Shown one piece after another: positions 39,312 to 49,481 of a stretch of 64,000 bases of DNA. The notes beneath the pieces are model-generated. The model was not told where the DNA came from. It did no database searches and worked only from the letters and a program-made list of their open reading frames with translations. The stretch is from IMG/VR virus record IMGVR_UViG_3300031555_003590, positions 228,120 through 292,119 of that record. One strand, written 5' to 3'. The translations under genes were made by a program, and so were the position numbers. Origin of the DNA: a virus (lineage: Duplodnaviria; Caudoviricetes). Position 1 is the stretch's first letter. Each line of letters begins with the position of its first letter.

Positions 39312-40142
39312 ATGGCTATTGAACTATATCAACTTCTAGACCAACAGGGTATGACTACTCTGGCAACTCAATTACTTACTAAGACTAATGTTCGTATTCA
39401 AGAGCGTATTGTAACCATTATTGATGAGAATGCTACTTCTAAACAAGTTGCTTCTGCTAAGGCTCTATATACAATGCTTCAAGCAATTCAGACCAATAAT
39501 GATGGTATTGCTGAATATCTTGATGAGCATGATGTTCAGTTAGAGAACCAGGCTACTAGTATTGGTGACCTAGAGACTACTCAAGATGCTCAGGATGGAA
39601 AACTTACTGATGTTGAGTCCGGTCTTGCTAATTTAACTACTAAGATTGGTGATCTTGTTCACCTTACTATTGAGACTGTAACCGGTGATATTTCTACCGT
39701 AGCTGATCCTCGTGATGATGTACTTTACTTCCAGAGAGATAATGAAGCAGACACTATGTGGATGCTTTATATTTATCAACCATCTGCAGTTGAAGGCGAA
39801 GATGGTACTTGGGTTAATATTGGTGATACCGAGGTAGATCTATCTGGTATTTGGTCTAAAGATGAGACTGAGGAACTTAAGGAAGCACTTGGTATTCATA
39901 ATGTTGAAACTCTTTCTGATGAGACTCTAGTAACTGTCGCAGATGCTGCTTATGAAGCAAATGCTGTTGAACTTAGAGCTACTCCTACTGGTGAACCTAC
40001 TGTAGCTTCCGAAGTTGAAGTTGGTACTGCTCTAAGTGATGTTCCTATTAGTGGTACTATGATGTATGGTAATGTTGAAGTACCAGGTACATTTAGTTGG
40101 GTTACTACTGATGAAGAGTTTGATGCAATGGTTAATGCATAA
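39312..40142 (+). CDS. Fibre/appendage family protein C, ending in an incomplete Ig-like domain
   Basis: Paralog of 37437; ends ATP...GTALSD...VPGTFSWVTTDEEFDAMVNA*. Confidence 0.75.
   Translation: MAIELYQLLDQQGMTTLATQLLTKTNVRIQERIVTIIDENATSKQVASAKALYTMLQAIQTNNDGIAEYLDEHDVQLENQATSIGDLETTQDAQDGKLTDVESGLANLTTKIGDLVHLTIETVTGDISTVADPRDDVLYFQRDNEADTMWMLYIYQPSAVEGEDGTWVNIGDTEVDLSGIWSKDETEELKEALGIHNVETLSDETLVTVADAAYEANAVELRATPTGEPTVASEVEVGTALSDVPISGTMMYGNVEVPGTFSWVTTDEEFDAMVNA
40080..40117 (+). repeat. 38-bp repeat, inverted copy at 57398-57435
   Basis: GTACCAGGTACATTTAGTTGGGTTACTACTGATGAAGA identical in both genes and in the same reading frame. Confidence 0.9.
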
Positions 40143-40228
40143 TTAATAAATATATAATTTATTAATCATAAAATATAAAGGAGGGTATTATACCCTCCTT
40201 TATATTTCTTTTTCACTTATTTGACTCA

Positions 40229-40240
40229 AACCCTTCTTTA
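40229..40240 (+). promoter_or_regulatory. Putative late promoter AACC-N6-TA
   Basis: Follows terminator 40171-40207, upstream of the long fibre gene. Confidence 0.55.
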
Positions 40241-40279
40241 ATATTGTATAAAAATCTATAGAGAAGGAGTTGATTATAA

Positions 40280-43200
40280 ATGGGACTAATTGGTCATGAA
40301 ATTATTCAATCCCGAATTTGGGTTGATCCTAATAATCCGCCGCCCCCGAATTTGAATTATAAATTTACATTTCCTATTACTGTATTCGATGCTGTGCGTC
40401 GTGATATGGCTAATGATCAAAGTGAAACATTAACTCAAGTTCTGGATAGAATTAATTTAGCAATTCAGTCTAAGCAAACATTAATTCCTGCTAAACCTGC
40501 TAATTATCTAGTAACATATGGTGGAGTAGCAGGTGCTGTTGGATCAATACAAATTTCAAATGAAATTCCTTGGGAAGAAGCTGATCAAAGTCATACTAGA
40601 ATTCCATCTGAAAAAGCTGTTGGTGATTTAATTAGATTATTAGGCGTTAATCCAAGTGATCCTAGTTCTGGTTATAATATCAGATGGTCTGACATCATTG
40701 GTAGACCAAATATCTATAGTTCATTTGGTTCTAATGAATTTGGATTACTTAGTCAAAAATTTTTATCTGAAGAATTAAATAAATTATCTTCAAGAATTAC
40801 TGAAAATAATGATGTATTTCTTAGTACTATAGATTCATTAAAATTAAAAGTAGATACTCATACTAATAGTCAAAATAATCCTCATAATGTTACACTTGCT
40901 CAAATAGGTGCTGCATCAGAAGATGTTTTAAATCAACATCTCAATGCTGATAATCCTCATGGTATTACTAGAGAATATTTAGGTATTGAAAATGTTGACA
41001 ATACATCTGACTTAGATAAACCAATGTCAAATGAAACCAGACAAGCCATTGATCGACTCAATGAATTGTTTGATAATATGACTGATGGTGTTGGTGATTT
41101 AACTTTTATAACTAAGATTGAATATAATGCACCTAATAGTACTCTAGATTTAGTATATAGAGACGGATCTATTATTTCAGTAGATCTTCCTATTGGTAGA
41201 GCTGTTGATAATATATATTATGATCCTACTACAAAAGAATTAGTAGTTGTTGATAATATTGGTAATGAAGATCGAGTTAATATTCAAGAATTATATATAC
41301 GATATAATGGTTCTAATGGTGAGCAAATTACAGTATCAATTGATGATAAAAATAATATCAATGCGATAATTAATTCAAAATCAATTACTAATTCTCATAT
41401 CCAAGATGGTACTATTAATAATAGATTATTAGAAAATGAATCAATAACTGCTGCTAAAATTAGAGATGAAACAATTACATCTGCTAAATTAGCTGATAAA
41501 AGTATTACTTCTAAAAAGATTGATGATAAAGCAGTTACTATTGAAAAACTTGATAATCGTGCAGTAACTGGTGCTAAATTATTTACTACTACTGATGACA
41601 ATAGAATTTTAGCAGTATTAAAAGGTAATAGTAATCCAGTATGGACTCAAATAACTGCAGGAATGATTGGATCTAATGCTATTCAATCTACTAATATTCA
41701 AAAAGATGCAGTTACATATGATAAAGTTGCACCAGAGTCTATTGGTAGTATTCATATTCAAAATACATCTATTACTACTGATAAACTTGATAATGCTTCA
41801 GTAACAACTACTAAGCTTGCTGATGGATCAGTAACTTCTTCTAAATTAGCTAATAGTTTAATGTTAGAAGGAAATCCAACTATTAGAAATACTCCTGAAG
41901 CAGATGCTAATAATAATCAGATTGTTGATACTAGATGGGTACGTGCATTTGCAAAATATCAATTACTTATTACATCTTCTAATATTGAAAAAAGATCTAT
42001 AACTGCAGATAAATTATTCTCATCTCAAGAAAAGAATAAAGTTTTAGCAGTATTAAAATCAAATCAAGATCCAGAATGGACTACCATCAACAATGATATG
42101 ATGGAAGATAATTCTGTTGATACTCGTAATATTATTGATCTATCCATTACTAAAGATAAATTATCTGATAAATCTATTGAAATTCGTCATCTAAATAAAT
42201 CCATCATTAATGATTTTCATATTATAGAATCAGCTATTACTTCTGAAAAGATTTATCCTTCTCATGAGGCTAATAGAGTTCTTGCTGCACTAACTGAAGA
42301 AGGACATCCTACATATTCACAAGTAACTCAAGAAATGCTTGCTCCTAATTCAGTTGGAACTAAACAACTTATTGATGGAACTATTACTCTTTCTAAATTA
42401 GTATCTTCTAATGAAGGTCAACAAGTTCTAACAGTTGGTCTAAGTGGTGCTATTCCTCAATGGAGTAAGATCATGAATAAGATGATCGCTGATAGAGCTG
42501 TTGATGGATCTAAACTATTCTCTTCAGATCATGATAATATGATTCTTACAGTAACTAATGCTGGTCAAAATCCAACATGGACTAAAGTTACTGGTCAAAT
42601 GATTGGATATCATGAAATTGAAGCAAGAAATATTAAAGAAGATGCAATTGGAACTGAACATATCCAAGATGGATCTATTATCGCTGCTCACATTCAAGAT
42701 AATTCACTTGAAGGTAAAAATTTTGCTTATGGATCAATTGATCCTGATAAAATTAAACCTTCTGACACTCCTGAAAGAGTTTTAGCTACTACTGAACTTC
42801 CTTATAGTAATCCCAAGTGGGTTCAAATTAGTACTGGTATGATTGAGGATGGTGCAGTTACTGGTGATAAGATCTTTAAATCTGAATATCCTTATCATGT
42901 ACTAGGTGTTACTCAGGCAGGGAAGCCTCCTGAGTATACAATGATCTCTCATCAATTTATTGTTGATAATACTATTACTCCTCAAAAACTTAATAAAAAC
43001 TTTGCACTGATTGGTACTCCTTCTTTGACAATTCCTCCATCAGTTGATGCAGATGATTATACTTTAGCAAATACAAGTTGGGTTAGAAGTACAATCAAAG
43101 AAATGGTTAAAGGAATTGATATTCCAGGAGGTTATATTGATATTCCTGACCATAGTATTGATGGTACAAAATTATTTACTCATCCATATGGACCTAGAGT

Positions 43201-44506
43201 TCTTGGTATTACTGAAGCTAATGGAGATGTTGAATTCCTTCTTATTGAAGAAAATTTAATTGCTAATGGCGCTATTACAACTGATAAGATTGAACGTAGT
43301 ATTCATTTACTTGGAACTCCAACCATTGAAGTTAGACCATCTGCATATGCATGTGATGATAATGGAGACGGCCATCAAATCCCAGATTGTCAATGGGTAT
43401 TAGATCGAATCAAAGAATATATTGAATTAAATGCTAAAAATCTAACTTACAATGATAAATTATGGGTTATTAATCAGATTGATTCAGCTTTTGCAGCTGT
43501 AGGAATTGATTTATCAGGATCAACAGCTGGATTTGAAAATATTCCTGATGTTGATATGGATCAATTAGAAACTTTAATAACTTTAACTGCTGCAGATAGA
43601 AAATGGGTTCTTGACACAATTAATGCAGAATTTACTAAAGCGGGTTATTATTTAGAAAATGAAGAATTTAGTACTGATATAGATGTATCTACTTCTGAAG
43701 TAACTTTAAGTGAAGCTGCTAAGATGTGGGTAATTGAAACAATTGATTCTGCATTTACAGCAGTTGCTATTAAGATTACTGACCCAACTGCTACTAATCC
43801 AAATGAACCAAGTCTTCCTGATGAATCTGAAACTGGTGGAGCACTTGCATCTGTACAACCTGGTTCTATTGCAACAATTTATTTACAAGATAGAGCTGTT
43901 ACTGGTCAAAAACTATTTACTAGTGCATTTGATAATAGAATTCTTGCTGTTACTGATGCTAATTCTGATCCTCAATACATGCAGGCTATTAATGAAATGA
44001 TTTCAGATAGAGCTATTGATGGTAGAACTTTATTTACATCTAGTGAATCTAACAGAGTTCTAGCTGTTTATAGTAGTGATACTGACCCTGTATGGAGTCA
44101 AGTTACTTCTTCAATGATTGGAGATAGTGAAGTTCAGACTAATAATATTTCTAATGAAGCAATAACTGAAGATAAAATTAAACTTAGAAGTATCAGTAAT
44201 AAACATTTAGTTGATGAACCCATTATCAATGAAAATCAACTTATGTCAGAAAGTGTAACTACTCCTAAGATTAAAGATGGATCTATAACTAATGCTAAAC
44301 TTGCAGATGATTCAATTACTGGAGATAAGATTGCAGAAAAATCTATTAATGGTAATAAATTATCAGATGATTTAGTATTACATGAAAATACATCTGTACA
44401 AAGTTCTAGTGTTAATTATGAACAAAGAGTAGTTCGTAATATCATTATTTCTCCCAATAGTCCTACTGGTGGTAAAAATGGTGATATCTGGTTTAGATTT
44501 TCATAA
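40280..44506 (+). CDS. Long tail fibre protein
   Basis: NPHNVT/NPHGIT repeats, many ITxxKL/AVTGxKLF...VLAV...PxW repeats, C-terminal PTGGKNGDIWF. Confidence 0.8.
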   Translation: MGLIGHEIIQSRIWVDPNNPPPPNLNYKFTFPITVFDAVRRDMANDQSETLTQVLDRINLAIQSKQTLIPAKPANYLVTYGGVAGAVGSIQISNEIPWEEADQSHTRIPSEKAVGDLIRLLGVNPSDPSSGYNIRWSDIIGRPNIYSSFGSNEFGLLSQKFLSEELNKLSSRITENNDVFLSTIDSLKLKVDTHTNSQNNPHNVTLAQIGAASEDVLNQHLNADNPHGITREYLGIENVDNTSDLDKPMSNETRQAIDRLNELFDNMTDGVGDLTFITKIEYNAPNSTLDLVYRDGSIISVDLPIGRAVDNIYYDPTTKELVVVDNIGNEDRVNIQELYIRYNGSNGEQITVSIDDKNNINAIINSKSITNSHIQDGTINNRLLENESITAAKIRDETITSAKLADKSITSKKIDDKAVTIEKLDNRAVTGAKLFTTTDDNRILAVLKGNSNPVWTQITAGMIGSNAIQSTNIQKDAVTYDKVAPESIGSIHIQNTSITTDKLDNASVTTTKLADGSVTSSKLANSLMLEGNPTIRNTPEADANNNQIVDTRWVRAFAKYQLLITSSNIEKRSITADKLFSSQEKNKVLAVLKSNQDPEWTTINNDMMEDNSVDTRNIIDLSITKDKLSDKSIEIRHLNKSIINDFHIIESAITSEKIYPSHEANRVLAALTEEGHPTYSQVTQEMLAPNSVGTKQLIDGTITLSKLVSSNEGQQVLTVGLSGAIPQWSKIMNKMIADRAVDGSKLFSSDHDNMILTVTNAGQNPTWTKVTGQMIGYHEIEARNIKEDAIGTEHIQDGSIIAAHIQDNSLEGKNFAYGSIDPDKIKPSDTPERVLATTELPYSNPKWVQISTGMIEDGAVTGDKIFKSEYPYHVLGVTQAGKPPEYTMISHQFIVDNTITPQKLNKNFALIGTPSLTIPPSVDADDYTLANTSWVRSTIKEMVKGIDIPGGYIDIPDHSIDGTKLFTHPYGPRVLGITEANGDVEFLLIEENLIANGAITTDKIERSIHLLGTPTIEVRPSAYACDDNGDGHQIPDCQWVLDRIKEYIELNAKNLTYNDKLWVINQIDSAFAAVGIDLSGSTAGFENIPDVDMDQLETLITLTAADRKWVLDTINAEFTKAGYYLENEEFSTDIDVSTSEVTLSEAAKMWVIETIDSAFTAVAIKITDPTATNPNEPSLPDESETGGALASVQPGSIATIYLQDRAVTGQKLFTSAFDNRILAVTDANSDPQYMQAINEMISDRAIDGRTLFTSSESNRVLAVYSSDTDPVWSQVTSSMIGDSEVQTNNISNEAITEDKIKLRSISNKHLVDEPIINENQLMSESVTTPKIKDGSITNAKLADDSITGDKIAEKSINGNKLSDDLVLHENTSVQSSSVNYEQRVVRNIIISPNSPTGGKNGDIWFRFS

Positions 44507-44527
44507 TTGATAAAGGAGGAATAATAT

Positions 44528-44926
44528 ATGATTCTGGAATTTGTAGATAAATCACAGATTGAAGTTATAACTATTTTAGGCGGTCCAGCTAATATCAATG
44601 GAATTATTCGAGATGTATTAACAATTGAAATTAGTAAATCTACAACTTATTTAGATAAATTAAAAGAAATATTTGAAAATATTGATAATTTAGCTAGACT
44701 ATATAGTTATGAAGAAGAGCGAAATGAGAATGATGATATTTTAATGAATAGAATTGAAATTGGTGAAGGATATACAATTGTAGTAGGAATTGAAGAAATA
44801 AGTCGAAAAGTAATTCCATTTCCAGGTAAAATTGTACCAGATACATATGAAACAATTTATCAAGTACAATTAGCACAGATGACATATGATGAATGGATTG
44901 CATCTGGATATAATCTCACTGAATAA
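44528..44926 (+). CDS. Fibre-associated protein, paralog of 62236-62661
   Basis: RDVLT, GY, QxTYxE motifs shared. Confidence 0.7.
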   Translation: MILEFVDKSQIEVITILGGPANINGIIRDVLTIEISKSTTYLDKLKEIFENIDNLARLYSYEEERNENDDILMNRIEIGEGYTIVVGIEEISRKVIPFPGKIVPDTYETIYQVQLAQMTYDEWIASGYNLTE

Positions 44927-44940
44927 GGAGGTATATCTAT

Positions 44941-45768
44941 ATGCCTATGGGAAATAAAATCAACTGTGTATGGAGAGATACAATTACTTCTTCATCTAAA
45001 ATTAATAATGTATGGAGAAATAATATAAATGGTTGGTCACGTATAAATTGTGTATGGAGATCTACACATCAACAATTATCATTTGATCCTAAAAATGTAA
45101 TTGGCTTTAAATTGATCTATACTCTAAATGCAAATAGAATACATCATGATATTCCTCATTTGAAATACAATCCAAATATTCCATATGTATTTAAATTAAC
45201 TGGAGATACATTAGGTAATTTAGATTATAATAGAAAAGGTGTTGTGTTTGAATACAAACGCGATGATCCTGAAGAGGAAGGTATTATTATATATGAGGGC
45301 AGATTATATGCAATGATGGTTAGTGGCGAATTGATAAATGTGTGTCAGATGTCAGGAAATAATAATGGTAAAGAATCTGAAGATGAAATGGTTAGTGAAT
45401 TTACTAATATATATGAATCCAGTATAGTTCATGATGTTGATATTAAATTACATGGATATGTATTATTTGAAGATTATGGATATTATTTTGCTGGATGGAA
45501 TAATTTATTTAATACAAAGCCATTTATTGACCAAACCATTTATCCTGATAAAATTGAATACAAAAAATTATTACAAATAGATGATTACATAATTCAACCA
45601 ATGATATCACGAGATGAATACTTTGATTCAGTTGCCACTATTGGTGTTGCAAGAGATATGCATAGTGATAATTTTAATATGAATGGTGCATATGGTGTTC
45701 TAGATCATACCATAAATAGAATCACAATGAATGATAAAGATTATCCATTTATTATTGAAATTAAATAA
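44941..45768 (+). CDS. Putative fibre-tip protein
   Basis: N-terminal triple INxVWR repeat. Confidence 0.6.
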   Translation: MPMGNKINCVWRDTITSSSKINNVWRNNINGWSRINCVWRSTHQQLSFDPKNVIGFKLIYTLNANRIHHDIPHLKYNPNIPYVFKLTGDTLGNLDYNRKGVVFEYKRDDPEEEGIIIYEGRLYAMMVSGELINVCQMSGNNNGKESEDEMVSEFTNIYESSIVHDVDIKLHGYVLFEDYGYYFAGWNNLFNTKPFIDQTIYPDKIEYKKLLQIDDYIIQPMISRDEYFDSVATIGVARDMHSDNFNMNGAYGVLDHTINRITMNDKDYPFIIEIK

Positions 45769-45860
45769 TTATATAGAGAGGGAGAATTCTCCCTCTCTAT
45801 ATTCATTTTAAGTTTATATATTCTATTAACGTGTAAACTAAAAGTATTTAATGAAAGGAT

Positions 45861-46802
45861 ATGATATTTATGAATGATAAAAAACTTATATTGGCAATTG
45901 ACTTTAATAACTTTATATTTGCTAATTATTACAGCCAAAAACTCTTTAATCGAAATGGGAAAAATATAAATGCCATAAAGGGTACATTTTTTAAATTAAA
46001 GATGTTAAAAGAAATGTTTAATCCTGATTATATTGTATTTGCATCAGATCTTAGTAGAGAAAAAACTTTTAGGAGAAAGTTGTATAAAAAATATAAAGCG
46101 CAAAGAAAACCTACTGATGAAGATATTATATTTCAAATGAAATATATTAGTCAACTAATAGCATTATTAGGATATAAGATTCTAAATAATGAAACATATG
46201 AAGCAGATGATATTTTAGGTATGATTAGTAAATATGGAACCGATAATAATATGGAAACTGTTATTGTATCATCTGATAGAGATTTATATCAGTTAATAAA
46301 TGATAATACATTTATTATGTCTCCTCGTGGTAAAAATGAAGTAGTTGATATTGCATATTTAGTTGAAAAATATAAACTAATGCCATATCAATGGGTTGAT
46401 TTAAAAACATTACAAGGAGATCCATCTGATAATATTCCAGGAATTCCTGGTATTGGTGAAATAACTGCATTAAAATTAATGCAAGAATATGATTCTATTG
46501 ATGGTATCTATGATAGTATTAAAGAAATGAAACCTTCTGTACAAAAACTACTCAGAGCTGGAATTGATACTATTGATTTAACAAAACAATTAGTTACAAT
46601 TATAACTGATTATAATTTAATTGGATTAAATGAAGATATGTTAATTCGTGAAGAATGTTATCCTAAAGAATGTATTGATACTATTTTAGAATTAGAAATT
46701 CCATCTTTGATTAATATATTCAATTATTCACTGTTTGATAAACCGATTTATATTGACCAGAGTAGTATAGCTGGAAGTAATGAAACATTTATGTTACCAT
46801 AA
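45861..46802 (+). CDS. 5'-3' exonuclease/flap endonuclease (PolA N-terminal, T4 RNase H-like)
   Basis: YKAQR, YEADD, SSDRDLYQL, GDPSDNIPGIPGIGEITA. Confidence 0.92.
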   Translation: MIFMNDKKLILAIDFNNFIFANYYSQKLFNRNGKNINAIKGTFFKLKMLKEMFNPDYIVFASDLSREKTFRRKLYKKYKAQRKPTDEDIIFQMKYISQLIALLGYKILNNETYEADDILGMISKYGTDNNMETVIVSSDRDLYQLINDNTFIMSPRGKNEVVDIAYLVEKYKLMPYQWVDLKTLQGDPSDNIPGIPGIGEITALKLMQEYDSIDGIYDSIKEMKPSVQKLLRAGIDTIDLTKQLVTIITDYNLIGLNEDMLIREECYPKECIDTILELEIPSLINIFNYSLFDKPIYIDQSSIAGSNETFMLP

Positions 46803-46817
46803 AGGAGAAACAAATCA

Positions 46818-47015
46818 ATGAAAGAAATTAAAATTATTAAAGGTAAAACTACTGATATTATTGAACGAGATGTAAATGAATTTATTAGAACTGAAGGAAA
46901 TTATAATTGTTATCATAATCAAATATTTGAATTAGAAGATGTAAAATTTATTTACAATGCAATAGAAAATATTTATATTGCTATGGTTATTTATAGTATA
47001 ACCAATTTCGGTTGA
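46818..47015 (+). CDS. Small hypothetical protein (possibly Cse60-like)
   Basis: RBS AAGGAG; IExxVNEF...DVKF...AMVIY pattern. Confidence 0.6.
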   Translation: MKEIKIIKGKTTDIIERDVNEFIRTEGNYNCYHNQIFELEDVKFIYNAIENIYIAMVIYSITNFG

Positions 47016-47050
47016 CCAGATTTTAACAATAGAAAGGAGTTGTTTATAAA

Positions 47051-48019
47051 ATGGCTATTACCGGATTCTATGAATCTTCTTTAACTACATCTGAAATATA
47101 TGCAGGAATAAATAATACCGGTGGACCTGATTCAGTAACTAAAAAAGCAATTAATTTAATTAAGACTGCTAAAAAACTTACGAATGAAGATATTGAAGCA
47201 GCATATATTTCTGTAAAACAAATTTCAGATACTTTAACTAGAGAAGCAGTTAGAGCATTTGATGAAGAAAGAACTGTATTAGTATACAATAATGTACCAT
47301 CATTAGCAGTTACTCAAGCATTACCTTTTATTACATTTAAAACTAAAAATGGTTATGTGACATATGTATTTGTAGATAAATACATTAGTATTAGTCGTGA
47401 TGGTGTGATGAATATGCAAGCACCCGTACTTAGGGATCTACTCACTGGTGCATTAATTGCAAATGGTTTAAAACGAAATTATGATATTTTAGCTTCTAAT
47501 CAATATTTACAAAAGGTAATGATGGAAGTATATACAAAATTTGTCATTAGAATTATCAATAAAGAATTTTCTGTAATTGCAGATAAGATTGTATTTGACA
47601 CTCTTCAGTATTGGATTAATCGTTTCTTCTTAACTCAGATTCTAAGTTCTAATGATACTCCTCAAAATATTGAAACTAATGCCAAGAAACATTTTAAATT
47701 TATTGATGAACTTAAATATGATGAAATTAAACAGCAATATGATTCTATTAATCCTCAAAAAATTAGTGAATTGTTAGAATTATTAAAATTAGCATCTCCT
47801 AGAATGAAAGCTTTAAATTTAGCTAAATTCTTATCTAGTTGGATTAATTATTATTATATTCCATCTATGCTAGCAGTAGATAATATTGAATATTTAATCT
47901 TTATGATGATTACTCTATTGAATGGTAATAATATAATTAGTATTGCTGCATCTGATATGGTTAAAGAAGCTAAAAATATTAAAAGCTTCAAAGGAGAACT
48001 TTTAAAGTTAATCGTATAA
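47051..48019 (+). CDS. Hypothetical protein, possibly virion-associated
   Basis: RBS GAAAGGAG; N-terminal FYES motif. Confidence 0.7.
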   Translation: MAITGFYESSLTTSEIYAGINNTGGPDSVTKKAINLIKTAKKLTNEDIEAAYISVKQISDTLTREAVRAFDEERTVLVYNNVPSLAVTQALPFITFKTKNGYVTYVFVDKYISISRDGVMNMQAPVLRDLLTGALIANGLKRNYDILASNQYLQKVMMEVYTKFVIRIINKEFSVIADKIVFDTLQYWINRFFLTQILSSNDTPQNIETNAKKHFKFIDELKYDEIKQQYDSINPQKISELLELLKLASPRMKALNLAKFLSSWINYYYIPSMLAVDNIEYLIFMMITLLNGNNIISIAASDMVKEAKNIKSFKGELLKLIV

Positions 48020-48040
48020 TAAAAGGAGGATTAACTTATT

Positions 48041-48343
48041 ATGAATGAACAAATTATTGTAGGATCATTTACTATTCCTGAAGAATTAGCTAAAGAGCTT
48101 TCTGAATTACTTACTAAACAAACTATTCGTGAAAGACTTCTACTTCAGCTAATTGAAGATCCTGTTAAATATGAACAGACAGAAAAAATGCTAATTCCTG
48201 TTACTTCTAAAATTGAAGCAATTAAAGTTAAAATTACTAATGAATATGTACCAGAAGAATTCCAATCTTCTAAATATGTTTGGAATTATGATGGTTGGGA
48301 AGTTGCTGAAAATAAAGTTAATGTATTAACTAGTGTAAATTAA
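48041..48343 (+). CDS. Small helical hypothetical protein
   Basis: RBS AAGGAGG; terminator at 48342-48376. Confidence 0.75.
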   Translation: MNEQIIVGSFTIPEELAKELSELLTKQTIRERLLLQLIEDPVKYEQTEKMLIPVTSKIEAIKVKITNEYVPEEFQSSKYVWNYDGWEVAENKVNVLTSVN

Positions 48344-48466
48344 ATAAAGGAGAGGGAATATTCCCTCTCCTTTATTTTTAATTATATATTATAATATTAA
48401 GATATAGAGAAATTAACATTAATCTACATACTCTATATAAAATATTTTATATAAGGAGAATCTAAA

Positions 48467-49159
48467 ATGAGTAAGTTTGATATTAATGAAAAGGTAACGG
48501 TTAAACGTTTAGGTGATATTGATTTTAATACTCCAGCTACGATTAAATCTATTTCTAAATTAAACGGACTAGATTTATACAAGGTTGAGTATAAATCAGG
48601 TATTATTGAAAATTATGATGAATCTAGAATTGAGAGTTTAGATGATATCACTTATGTTGAAGAAAATGAAATGGAACCATTTGTAGAAATGGCTACTATT
48701 GCAACAGTTGAAAATTATAAAATCAAGATAGCAGTAAATCCAGATACTAAACGTAAAGGTAGTCCATACTTTAAGGCATATAATTCTATATCTCCTAGAA
48801 AAGGATCAAGTAAAGTTGCTAGATTTCATTTCTTAGATGAAGGTATGGAATATCATTCTGGTGATGGCTATCTTAATTGGAAGATCACCCAAGATATAAT
48901 TGATGATATTAGAGAGATTCTACAAATGAAAAATGATGATAATCCAAAATATACAAATTGGAATCATGCTTGTTATCATTGGAATCTTGAATTTAATTTA
49001 ATTCCTGTTGGAATTGATAAATTTATGAATGGAGATCATGATAAAATTGATCATCCTTCTTATGTTCCTTCCACAACTCCGATTCCCAAGACTTGGAATT
49101 ATGATCATAAAAGAGCAAAAGCTAAAAAATCTCACTTTAGTAATGATATTAAAATATAA
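48467..49159 (+). CDS. Two-domain hypothetical protein (small beta domain, then FVE/MATI and a C-terminal domain)
   Basis: RBS AAGGAG; TATATATTAT at 48383-48392. Confidence 0.75.
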   Translation: MSKFDINEKVTVKRLGDIDFNTPATIKSISKLNGLDLYKVEYKSGIIENYDESRIESLDDITYVEENEMEPFVEMATIATVENYKIKIAVNPDTKRKGSPYFKAYNSISPRKGSSKVARFHFLDEGMEYHSGDGYLNWKITQDIIDDIREILQMKNDDNPKYTNWNHACYHWNLEFNLIPVGIDKFMNGDHDKIDHPSYVPSTTPIPKTWNYDHKRAKAKKSHFSNDIKI

Positions 49160-49171
49160 TAAAATTAAATT

Positions 49172-49197
49172 GAGGAGAGGGTATATATCCTCTCCTC
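49172..49197. terminator. Bidirectional terminator at the strand convergence
   Basis: GAGGAGAGG-gtatatat-CCTCTCCTC. Confidence 0.75.
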
Positions 49198-49205
49198 TAT
49201 ATTTT

Positions 49206-49481
49206 TTAAATTTCGGTAATTAAAACAGCTTTATTTTTATGAGCGGATATTCCAAATATAGTAGTAAATACTTTTGGATTAATAATTTCACCACTTTTAA
49301 TAGCATTACCAATTAATGTATTTCGTAATTTAATTTGTTCTTCTTCATATTGTTCATATTCTTTTTGAAACATTTCATGATATTTTAATAAATTAAAATG
49401 ATAATGATATTTAGCAGCATCTTCCATACTACATACATTTGGATCAATCTCTTTATAAAATACTTCAGTTATTTTTCCCAT
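49206..49481 (-). CDS. Small accessory protein coupled to the Cys-rich gene
   Basis: Overlaps the end of 49469-52147; RBS GGAG. Confidence 0.7.
   Translation of the reverse strand: MGKITEVFYKEIDPNVCSMEDAAKYHYHFNLLKYHEMFQKEYEQYEEEQIKLRNTLIGNAIKSGEIINPKVFTTIFGISAHKNKAVLITEI

Noticed and set aside
31066-48376. Near-identical GGAGAGGGAATATTCCCTCTCC hairpins as MITE/REP elements
   Set aside because: No target-site duplications or transposase; their positions are fully explained by termination.
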